Positions 27,301 to 39,300 of a DNA stretch of 52,793 bases are shown here, in pieces. Where the stretch lies: contig NMRA01001124.1 in NCBI GenBank assembly GCA_002633005.1, positions 1 through 52,793 on the forward strand. The letters run 5' to 3'. How positions within the stretch are numbered: the stretch's first letter is position 1; each line of letters starts with the position of its first letter. This DNA is from Phoronis australis (taxonomy: Eukaryota; Animalia; Phoronida). Both the position numbers and the translations under genes were made by a program. The notes under the pieces are model-generated. The model was given only the letters and a program-made list of their open reading frames with translations. It had not been told where the DNA came from and did no database searches.

Positions 27301-30300
27301 AGTTCGCTCGATGGAGTTTCTGATAGATACTGTAATTCAAGAAATGGAAAGAAGTCGCGGCTTTGTGTCTTGGTATGTCCACCAAAAATTCGAAATGTCA
27401 AAATGACCAATAATTAGAAGTTTGTCTTTTTTTCCCTGAAACAACAAATTCACGACTCTCATGATCACAGAACAGAGGGAAGATTCCAAACGCTCTTAAC
27501 CTCTAGATTCTAATCCGTGGGGTAAAATATGTCATTACCAACTCGATTTTTTTTCAAGTTCCACTTGTCTGATGGGTACCGTTACCTGTATATGCTTCGA
27601 CAATTTCGGCCTGGACGAGGAAGTGCTCTCAAAATGGCGAAACTTCCAGATCCAGGTAAAACGATGCAGGAGCCATATGCGTGGGCATTTTTACTTAAAA
27701 CAACTACTACATATAGCTGTACAATTTAGTCCCCTTTATACAGACTTTTTACATTTTCTTTGACCTAGAGGGCAGACCACGCAATAAGCGTGTGAGTTTG
27801 CGAGAGATGCTAATCAAAGGGTATAGCAACAGCGGAAGGTTCACACGCCAGATTAACAGCAGGCTCTAAACTATAAGGCTTTCATGAGGTCACTAATGTA
27901 TAAAATTTTTCGATACAGTGACTAGATATTCCTCTTTTTTGGTGACAAAATTATTCCGACCACGTATTGCTGAAATATCATCTCTGACATAACGTTTCAA
28001 GTTGTTTTAATATCGAAGCTATTAATGACGTTTAAACTGACATATTGGTGGGTTTTCATTTCAAGAGTTATATACTATTAGTTTCGGGTGACCTGTAAGC
28101 CGCCCTTTTTCTTGTGTCATACCAATGCCAAAATTATCGCAATTGTCTAGAATCATCCCACACGTTATCAATGCAACTCACACCATTATTTTAGTGTTTT
28201 AACATCTAGAATTGTCAGTTCAGACATCCAACACTTGAGAAAGTTGTTTGACAACCGCATGGAAGAGTTAATTGATAAATTTCAAGCATCTGTCATTTCG
28301 GCAATAATAGCGGACTTTTCAAGATACAGTATTTCCGCTTAATCCCGACTCACATTCGGTGGGCGGAAATTCAATTACTAAAGAGCGCTTAATTAATTTG
28401 AAATACAGAGGAATAATACCCATTGTCAGTTCTCCCCGTTGTTTGATTAAATTTCTCACCAATATATTCTAGCTTTTTGACACCGGCTGGGATTGAAATT
28501 CTCCCGCTTTATCAGCCGCAGCCACTGACTTTGTCGCGTATTCTTCTTCGCAGTGGGAAATGCTTGGATTGTGTCCATTCATATTCCAAGAGGTTTGCCT
28601 TCTTTCCATAAGGCATTGTAGTACACCCCGCCGCACAGTATTGGAATTTTGCCTTCATTATGGTAGCAGGAAAGGCATTACATGCCGTGAATAATACCCT
28701 TACATGAAAGTCACGCATTTCTAAGGATATGCGTGACTTTTCACCGCTCGTCCTTCGGAGCGGCTTTTACCGGGATCAACGAGAGCGCGGCGCCAGAGCC
28801 GGACTCAGCTGAGATGACCACATTGTCCGTTGCGAGCAAGACCCAATGAAGTGTAATTACCCGACCATCAACTAGTAAACACCTCTGCCTGTACATACTG
28901 TCGAATTTTCAAAACGCATTTACCAACAGTTTTCGTTAAAAACAAATACCACAGCTGTATTTAGATGGAAAAAACAACCAAGCTTGGTTTTCGAATTTTA
29001 AAAATCGATGAACGATTAAGCTAAAAACTACAAACATTGGGTGCGATAGAAGATAAACGGCTGTGCGTATTGATACACTCGGTGATTTACAAACGCTGAA
29101 CAGAGTTAACAACATCTCGTGAATTATTCTTTTAATATACAACTAAGCTACATTGAAACATCTATGAACAACACACAGTGACTAAATTGGATGTAACTAA
29201 TTTTTAAAACATCGCTCAGTATGGCCCAGTGCACGCCGAACTACTTTACTCCAGGATTAGTATACTAACCGGAAAACTGCTATTCGCGGAAATGCGCCAA
29301 TTTCGATAGTAAACTTGTAGTTGTAATGGAACACCTGTGAAGACAACTAAGATGACTAGCTTTGTAGTTAACGAGAGAGTGCAAGCAGTGGATGAGGTTG
29401 ATCGGTGGGCAAGAGCTGTGATTTCATTTTCCATGATAAGGAAAAGCTAAGAATACTGATGTAGTTACTGCAACCAAAATTGTCCTGAGGTTCGAAATCT
29501 TCAGTTTGGCTATCAGTATATTTGCACATTTGTAGATATTTTATGACTTGAGTTCTAAAAAAGATTGAATTTGAACTAATGGCACGTGGAGTTACGGTTT
29601 GCTGTGACATGTTTGGTGTAGCTGTACTCTGGAAAATTCAGGGATTGGTTCAGAATTAACTGACGTCTAAGTTGTATTGATGCTTCGGTTAAACACAAAA
29701 TAAAAAGATAGCAACCCAACCGGTAAGACAAAAGGCAAGTAGACAGGAGTATTAAAATAAAGCAATGAAAACAGGTATGAAACATTTACAAAGAACGTTC
29801 CTTTGGGAAGTGGCCCTTGGTGAAGATCAACGCAAATTAACTTTTTAGTCTTTTTGTGATATTTAAAATGTAACAAGTTAAAACTACTCTCCACATTGCA
29901 GGCTTTAACTCTGTGCAAATGCCAGAGAAAAACAGTTTGAGTGTAATAACGACCACCATTGTTAAGAAAGTAGTGCTAGCTATTACCTTTCCACTTCATT
30001 AGCTCAGATCCACATCAAAACAAAGGGCGTGCTGAATAGGGATCGTAAAAGTTGTGTGGGGCTTAGGATTGAAAACATGAAATCTGCAGGGGGCGCTGAA
30101 TGCCTGTCCACCAAAGACCTGATCGCGGACCAATGAATTTCAATATGGCAGGGTTATTTCGAAAATCTCCTATTAAAGCGAATATTTGCACCAGTTTCAT
30201 ATATCACAGTGATCTAACATTCGCATAATTTTCGCATTGTCAAGTTTTAACTCTCATGTTGAGCACAAAATTAAGGATATGATATCCGTCTTTTCAGCGA

Positions 30301-33300
30301 AGGACATTTTGAGCGTCATGCAATCCATGGATTATTCCACTGCCGTCGAACTCATCAATGAAGCAATGATGACAGACTTGATTAAGCAACTACGAAATTT
30401 CACGATGTTCCTTCCAACCAACGGAGCTTTTAGAGTAAGTTTCCGACGCACTTAAATGTCATCTATTTTTAAAATAGCATTTGATTTATATAACAAAATA
30501 GTCCTCAACGGCGCTTTGATATTTTTTTCTACGCATTAATTGCTCTCGAAAAAGCACAAAAGTTAGTCATTAAGTCCGTTTTTCAGGGATTTAAGCATTG
30601 TGTGCAAATGAAATCACTGTAACGAATTATTTCATGAAACAAAAATGAAGTAAACAGAAAGAACGATTTGAAATCGCACGAGCAGTTCAAAAAGTCACAA
30701 AAATAAACAGAGCTACTGGTGGCCTCAGATCTTCCTGCCTTTCCTGTGACACTCACTGTACTGGCGCCACCTAGGTAGTGAGTAGTGAGTGAAATGTGGA
30801 GCCAGATTGTATCTATTTAAAAACCTGGCAGAGGACATTTCGTCCAACAAAGGTCGCGCCAGTGCAGTCTCACAGGAAGTTCGGGAAGATCGTCAGAAAA
30901 CCATCTCCTATAGAAGGGGACAGTTGCGATACTTGCAACGTAAAGTTTTAACCAGGTACGTCCAACTGAATTATTCATAATTAGTAATAGGTAATTAGGC
31001 AATTCACAAGCACTCTACAGCTCACATTCTTTCGCTCGGTTTCAAAAATTCCAATCATCATACAGCATTTTGGCTAATCTCAACCGATTTAGCTCAGCTG
31101 ACGGAATGGAATAAAAGCAAAGAAAAAACATTTAGGCTGCAAGTACAGAAAGTTCCCTGGCTTCTCCTTACGAAACATATCGATCAACGGGCGCTGTTGT
31201 GACCTGCTTTTCTAAGCAGCTTTGCTTGTAGAGGGTGTGTTGTTGGACCACAACCTGTCGCAAATTGTTAGTTTGTACATAACCTCGAAGCAAAAACTGC
31301 CGTTATTTTTAAAACAACCTGAAGCGTCGTCGTCATCGTTAAGTGCCCACGTTACTATTCCCGTCAATCACGTGCAGGGAGAAATGGTCTTATTTGTCCT
31401 GTCGCCTTGAGTTTCCCTGCGACTCTCCTGGTCGGCAAGTGGTTTCACGAGAACCAGAACCACGTACATGTATACTGTACCCTAGGACTAAGAAGATATG
31501 TTCAACGTGTTACTGCGCCCACTTACGTTTTGATTATATCGTGACAACTTGAAGGCTGCGGCAGCTGTAATCTCACGAACTAAAAACTCTCGCAATGACA
31601 TTTTACGACAGTTTGCTCAATGTGATAAATTTGACAGTTTGTGTTGTGTTGCAAGAAAATCTTCATCTAAAACAGTGAGCTTATTACCAAGCAGGTAGGT
31701 TTGTGCATTAGAAAACAGGGAACCTACCCGAGTATATGGGCCCATAATTATGCGACACCAAGCCGAACGAGGAGGTGGTCTTATATTCGGGGGGTGGGTA
31801 ATACCCGACATGTAGGAAACATAATCAAATGGGTTTCATTTTGTTTCATTACGCTTTCATACATGTAGTATTCAGTGGCGGATCTAGGATATCACAAGGG
31901 GGGGCAACACTTTGTCTGAAAAATTTGTGCAAAGCACGATTAGATGCGCATAGCACCGAATGGGGGGAGGTCGGGAGGGGGCTCGGCTCCCCTCCCGCCC
32001 AGGAAAATTTTCTGTTTTTCCTCTAAAAATCAAGCATTTTCCTTGATTCCTGAAGTATTATCCAAGAAAAAAGGCAAAGAAAAAAAAGGCACGTGTCAAA
32101 CATGAAAACGGCAACGATCACAGACTCGAACTCACGATTTGACGATTAGTGCTCGCGTGCTTTACAAATGCACCACCACGACTTCACTCACGTTCTTGAT
32201 AATACGAGATCTAGTTGTTTATGGTCCACAGCGTTTGCGCGCGAAACCTACTTCTTTTTGTAATGCTTATTACACTTTTTATATTTGTGCAATCAGTTCG
32301 TAACAAATCTGTTGTATTTAAAATAGTCTTCTATTGCCCAAAAGACCAAATCCGTTTTTTGTATTGGCATTAATGACGCGATTGCTTTGGAAATCGTCTT
32401 AAGTTAAGGTTTGACAAAGAGAGAATTATGAGTTTCTGAGTGATTCACTAAGGCTTCGATTAAAATTGACATCTTACCAGCAGCTTCTGTTTTTTCATCG
32501 TCTCTCAGATTCCATTTTCTTTAAAAAAATGAAGTAATTTTCTTCATTGCACAGTGAAGCAGACGACGGAAACGGAGTCGTAGTGCGCAGCGCCACTGCC
32601 GGTCGCCTGGGATATCGCGGGAGAGCCTATACTTAGCCATAGTTTCGTTCCGAATTTGACACTTGAAATTGGATCTGAGCCCCCCCCAAACACACTAAAA
32701 CTGCACACATTTAAATCTTGTTTCCGCCGTATAATGTTAATTACCGGGGTTAATTAATAAACTCAACATTTCCCTNNNNNNNNNNNNNNNNNNNNNNNNN
32801 NNNNNNNNNNNNNNNNNNNNNNNNNNNNNNNNNNNNNNNNNNNNNNNNNNNNNNTTCCCCCCCCCCCCTAAATCGGCCTATGGTATTACAACGCTACACG
32901 ACGGCGTCGCTAAATATTCTAAACAAATTTAACTTCCCGTACTTTACTCAGGGTGGTAAATGCATAGTCTTAGTCATTTCCTGGCCATGAGACTTATTTA
33001 ATTTCTAGAATGCTGGCCTCGGGAAATAAATTGATACCCAAAAGCGTATAACCCATTCCTAATTTCCTGCTTATAATATATTATTAGAACAGGTGCTTGT
33101 TACCCTACATCGTTGAGTACTATGTCCCGTCCCATTTGCAATGCATGATGGCTTTAAACCTCCAAATGTACGTCAGGCTGTATAGTATTTTCGTGTTTGA
33201 GTTTTGATCCAAAATACCGTCTTACTTTTGTTTGCCATGTCAGTATTCCTGTTCTGCCGTCATGGCGTTTTTCCTGTTTCCTTCTTGCAAAGTCTTGCCT

Positions 33301-36300
33301 TCATTATCTCTGCTGCTTGCGTCATAATAAATGACATTATTCTGCAACCCTTACATGTATCTTGTTTTACTCTGCAACGTAGCTCGTAGCATACCTCGCG
33401 CAAAATAGATTACGATAAAACCAGATGTCGCTGCAAAACGCGTAGGACCATGTAATCTTAACGGCGTGACGCAGCCTGCAGTTGGCGATGCCCGGGGGGT
33501 GACTTTTTAATGCATATCCCTTTCAAATGCATGGTCTCTAGCTCTACGTAAAGTAAAAAAGTTTAACACATAATAGAAACTTTATTCAATTTTACTACAA
33601 ATTAGTCACAATTCCAAATAGTTTTTATAGTGATTATGTGCCCCCCTGATGTGGATGCCAGGGGCCGTGCCCCCCCCCCCCTCCATCCTTCTGCACGCTA
33701 CTTCATTTAGGATATTTAAATCTATGCTATTACCGTCCATTGTTTTGTTACCACGTTGACTACGATTGGTCTACTTGTATCTCGTGCTAACTCCGTTCTC
33801 ATCTGTTCATATCAATGAAGGCCTACTTCCGTCGTCATGGACAATCTAACCCGGACGCACTACGTAATTTGCTGTTGTACCATGTGGTCGTTCCAATGGT
33901 CTCAGAAGAGAATTTCACACAATCGACGTCTCTGCAAAGTCTTCTACCCTCTCACTCTATTGATCTGCGCGTCTACAGAGAATTTGGAATAGTAAGTTCA
34001 CTAAAACACTTGGAAGTTATTACCTGAGGAAAAAACTACATTCTCTGTTTTAGCGTGTGTCATTAGGGGATTTTATTTTTGGTCGCATTGTTTTATTCTT
34101 GCGTCTCTGACGTGCCGATAACAACCATGGTAACTTTTAGGGCAAAATGCAAATGAACAGTTCTTAAATGCGCAGTCTGGCCACGCCCATCATTGTTATA
34201 GTTGCTACGTGTGTACAGCATAAGTCCATTGCGAACGTTCTCTTACATCAATAGATTCTCCACGATCTGTTTTGATCGTAATATACTAAAATCGTTACCA
34301 TATAAAGGTACATTATCAAAATGGGTCCAAATCAGGCGCGGAAAACTACTTCCTCTCTGCGTGACTGTTGATCTAATGTTAAGAATGAGAAAGCGTCTTA
34401 GGTATTCGACCAGGCCTCTCCTTACGTCACGTGCTCCCACGTACCAATGTTCCGCAAGTTCAATGTATAGACCTAGGGCCTGTTCCAAGAAACTGACTTA
34501 AGTTCATTTTTGACTTAAGTTAAAGATTTGTCTTAAATTCCGAACTTTGAAACTTCCACATTCTGTTAGTTAGTGAAATTTAAGACGAAACTAACGTCAC
34601 ACTATTAATTCAAACTTAAGATCTCTTTCTTGAATTGGTTTTGAGACAAATTTAACTTTTATTTTAAAATTTACTAAAATTTAGGATTTGTCTTAGCTAA
34701 GTCAGTTTTGTTGGAACGGGTCCCTAATTCGCGCGGCGGACATTATAATCCAAAGCGAGGCTCACTGCCATAAACAAAATGGAAGTTGACATTGCGCGAG
34801 TTAAATGGCCGGTCTTTGGAGTCCAACCTGGATATTAAATCTTAAAAAATGTGTCAACAATTAACCACAGAAACGTAGAAAAATACATTAGATAACAAGT
34901 CAATGCACCAAAGAGTTGTCTGACGAAAGGGTATAAGTTTGTTTCGGAAATTAGGTTCGAAACATGAAAAGTAAATATGACCTATTTGCGGCGATCGTAG
35001 TGTTACGGATCAGGTAGGTTGAATGCAGAGTTATGCTTCCTATAAATTCTTGATAAAAATGCTTTCTACACGAACCAGGTCATCTGACTAGTTGAAGATA
35101 TATTCGACAGTGGTGGCTCATGCAGTAGCATTTTGCTGTCATGTGCAGTTAGTCACATCTGGTTTAATTTGTTGATCAAGAGTATTAGCTTCAAGCATAG
35201 CCTAGGTCCTGGTGAGGTAGGCACTACCTGGACTAAAAGTTGATTTGTCATTGATCTGAAAGAATAATTGATCTTGTTAAATATATTTTTATTAATATAA
35301 AAACCTGGCTCGCAACTGAAAATAATTTTTTTGACCATCAATTCTGCTTTCTTGGTTTTAATAATTCTTACGTCTATTTCATGTGTTAGGTTTCACTAAA
35401 TATCAATCTGGACCAAGTTGAATTTTAAAATTAAAACACCTACATGTACATGTAATTCTTTCGTCCAAAGCATAGCCTCGTTTTAGAGCTCAATTTAAGT
35501 TAACTGGACAGAACACAGTGGCGGATTTAGAGGGGAGCCAAGGGGAATATGCTCCCCAAAAAATTTTACCAGATTCCATTTGGCAGTTCAGGAGCGCGAA
35601 TGTATGACAAAATCCTGGCTAATATTCTACCCTGCCTCCCCCAACTCAAAATTCTGGATCACCCCTGGAACAAGCATAGTTAACATGTTTCTTCAGGGGC
35701 CTCGTTCATATCCGAGTGGAAAGGTGCCTGTGCGGCCTTGTAAGAGGGGAACGTTTCTCCAAGTGAGGTGAAAAATCTACCTCCCGATCACCATCAACAG
35801 CACCCCCGCCCTGTTGCAAGCTCTCATAGGCTCTGCTTTTTCAAATTGTCACCTCTGTGGTTACAGGTGATTTGAACCGTCGGAGAGAAATTTTCAATCA
35901 CTAGGTGAAGTTTTAGGCCTCATGGGGGAATTTCGCATGATTTTTCAATATTTTTGAGAGGGGAATAGGGCCGATATTTGTCCCCAAAATCGAGGGATTG
36001 AGGACCTGTCCTTTTTGGAAAGAAAAATGCATCACGTTTCAACCCGTAGTCGTTGCTATGCTCGGCAACCAAGATGACAAAACATAATCTAACTTTTCGA
36101 AAACATTTATCAATTTCACACGGACATATTTTCCTTCGTCGCGGCGTATGGCGACGACCCAACGCTTCCGAATCTCAAAGTCCTCAGGGATTGTAAACAG
36201 ACAGTTGAGTGTCCATAATCTTTCTAGCCGTTCGAGCAACGCGGAGTACAACTATGCCGATAAGCGCAGCCAACAGAGCTATCGTAGCGACCCTCGTTTT

Positions 36301-39300
36301 TGAACGCGCCTCCTTTCGGCGTGAATTAGGTCTATATATTAGACACTATTAATGAAAAGAAAATAAACTTTTGTGGATTTCTTTCAAATTGTTCTTGTTT
36401 ATCAATACCTACATTTGGCTGATTGTGCTGAAGAATTGCTACCAGATTTTATCAGCCACAAGCGATCTCAGTCGTTTGTCTTTCTTCTCGTTATTTCGTT
36501 GATTGACTTTGCAAGTGCCTTAAGCGCATCGTAAAATCCTCTTTACGCTTTAATTCGCAGTCAATGGTTGTGGGGCGGTTATGGCGGACTATCGATGTAT
36601 TTCCTCATATCCGCGCCATAGTTGACTGGAATTATTTTCTTGGTTGACAAGTCAGAACTACCCATTTTCCTTCGCTCAGCTGTCGTACATTGTAGTGAAA
36701 CATACATATATATATTTAAAGCTACATTTCAATCCAGCGTTGAATTCTTAACTGAAGCACTTTGGAATTTAAAACATAACCACGCTCTCCCGATCTGATT
36801 TATTGCCGAAAGAACCGGCAGCTCAATTCACAGGCAATCCGCGCAAGTACCATTGTAGAATTCGTAATTTTAAGATTGGCCAATATTAATTGTCTCTGCA
36901 GCGTTTTATTGATTCACTGATGGCATCGGTGTTCTAGCTGGCAATGGAAAGAAAATCCCATCACGGTAAGGAATATTAAGAAACCGATTTGATGAGATTG
37001 AAATACCCATTTTTGTTTTTAGTCAGCTGAACATTTCGACATGAATCTATAAACCCTTTCCGTCTTTGGTCTTAACCTAGCCAAAATTTCGGTCTCAACA
37101 ATTACTTGGCCTATATCCTAACAGTGGTAAGTCACTTTTCGCGAAATGAATCGCACGTTGGAGTAATTTGGCTCGATATACCCAAGTCATTGTTCGTGCG
37201 GGATGCCACATGGCTGGCCAAATGGCTACCTCTATGGGCGTTTGCGAGGTAGATTCGTGATTTTGACTTAAGTCCATTATTTTCGGGGCATTTTAAATGT
37301 CTTAACATGTGAAGCCAAACCTGGGATAAATCTTTGTAGAATTGCCAGGTCATGTAAGCCAAATAATAGCCTCTAACTGAAACAACTACAACTTGTTTTT
37401 GTAACAGATTTGTGCATTTACCATTCCGACTGTGCTAGATACAATGTATACGTGTAGCCCTGTGCCTTTTGATACTGTTTAGAAACGCCTGCAGCTTCAA
37501 TGCAATGTGAGGGGTTCCGCCGAAGAGAGGAAGGTGTTAGGAGGCAATTTCTATCCTATCAATCAGGTATTTATCGGAGATGTTTTTTTATTTGTTTTGT
37601 AGTGTCCAATTTTTTTCACCGCCAGCAGAAGGTACTGGCCGCTCTGGCTGCACTCATTCGCTAACGAGTTAAATAACATCGAAAGTAAAAATAAGTGATT
37701 TCCGATTCAACCACTGAGAATAGCATCACGTTAGTCCAACTTAGCGTCAGAGTTTGCTGATATGGACTACCGCCAGACCTCAAACTCTGATGGTGTTGTC
37801 CACTACTTGTGAGGACAAGATAATTTCGACTTAAGGTCAGAAATTCCAGTTAATTCTCTAGCCAATTATATGCATATTGCGTTTAACGAAAATGTGTCTT
37901 GCAAATGTGCGTCCTAAAGGAATAATGTGGCCTATGGAATATTTCAAGGTTCACACTTCTCCAAGACAGAACCATGTAAAAACTATAGACGCTGTTTTAT
38001 GCATTCTGTTTGTGTGATTCTTTGCAAAGATATTGTTGTTACAGTAAACTAATTCCCCGTGCTTATCTGACAAATTAACTGCTCGTTCCGTCTCGTCATT
38101 TAGGTTCTAGAGATACCCGACCAGTCGTTGTTGGAAGTCCTGCGGTCACGCGATGACTTGGCGATTTTTACCAGACTACTTGAGAGGTCGGAAGTACCAG
38201 AGATAATTGAAAAAGGAGGAAATTACACCGTTTTCGCACCAAGCGACCACGTGAGTGACGTCGAAAATGCAAAAGTAACATAAAGGCAATTAATATACAT
38301 TTCATGGGTTACGGTGACACACGTTTGCGATTTAGATTATGGTAACCAAAGCTAATTTCTCAAGCTGAAGGAGAATACAAACACAAATATTGAAAACTGT
38401 AGCGCGAAACGGGGATTTCGGGTAATAAGCTGAAGCCCCATCTGTGTTACATAAGAATGTACAAACTAAATAAAAATCTGGATCAATACCTAAACCTAGG
38501 GTCCTACGTGATGCGTGATGTCATTACAACGGGGATAATTAATGGGTAGAAAAAACAGAACCTCTTAAATAAGCCGTCGCAAAATCCACAAAATTGTAGA
38601 TATCGTTCTATACCGGTTTTGCGTTTTCGATACAAAACTGAGAGCAAGAATTCCAGCCGACTTCTTTCTGTAATAAAGGTAATGACTATTCCGCCTCTTT
38701 CGAGGATGTTTACACGATATGGCATATGTGCTTTGATTTACATGTCTTCGCAATTTGAGTGTTGACTTCGTATAGGTGGGCAAATTTTAAAGATGATCAT
38801 AGCCGGCAAGTGATTGGGCGTTACTCGTTATGATTTTAGGCTTTCGACAGACTTTCCCATGATAGCATTGATGAGATGTTTCCTGATGACAAGGAATTAA
38901 ACGAGTTTGTAAAAGCGCATTTTATTGAAGGTGAGTTTTTAGCCTATGTTATGAAAAGCACAAGAGAAGCTTTTAAAAACTCGGTGCGTCGTTTTACAAC
39001 AGTCTCGCAGCTAGAATAATCTAGTCAACATCACGTGCTCCTGTAGGAAATATAAGGCGATATCTCGCGGTATCATCGGGTCCCTCTCTGCCAGGTTTCC
39101 AATTGTTGGTACCATCGGGTCCCTCTCTGTCAAGTTCCCAGTTGTTGGTACCATCGGGTCCCTCTCTCCCAGTCTCCCAATTGTTGGTATTATCGGGCCC
39201 CTCTCTGTCAAGTTCCCAATTGTTGGTACCATCGGGTCCCTCTCTGTCAAGTTCCCAATTGCTGGTACCATCGGGTCCCTCTCTGTCAAGTTCCCAGTTG

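Larger units (their letters stand above)
25152..33637 (+). repeat. Second copy of 21077-25150 (partial exon 8 through intron 10), probably an uncollapsed haplotype
   Basis: Starts mid-exon 8 immediately after a lone N at 25151. Colinear with copy A at a few percent divergence, plus a ~3.36 kb extra segment (26811-30166) and a ~1 kb insertion (31873-32882). Confidence 0.9.
34469..36333 (-). mobile_element. ISL2EU-like non-autonomous DNA transposon with a degenerate THAP remnant
   Basis: AT|AGACCTA[MITE]ATTC ... GAATTAGGTCT|AT termini. The minus strand at ~36125-36256 gives HSCTPRCSNG*, then after a frameshift LFTIPEDFEIRKRWVVAIRRDEGK (THAP-like). Superfamily is inferred from the AT TSD plus THAP. 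Confidence 0.65.
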
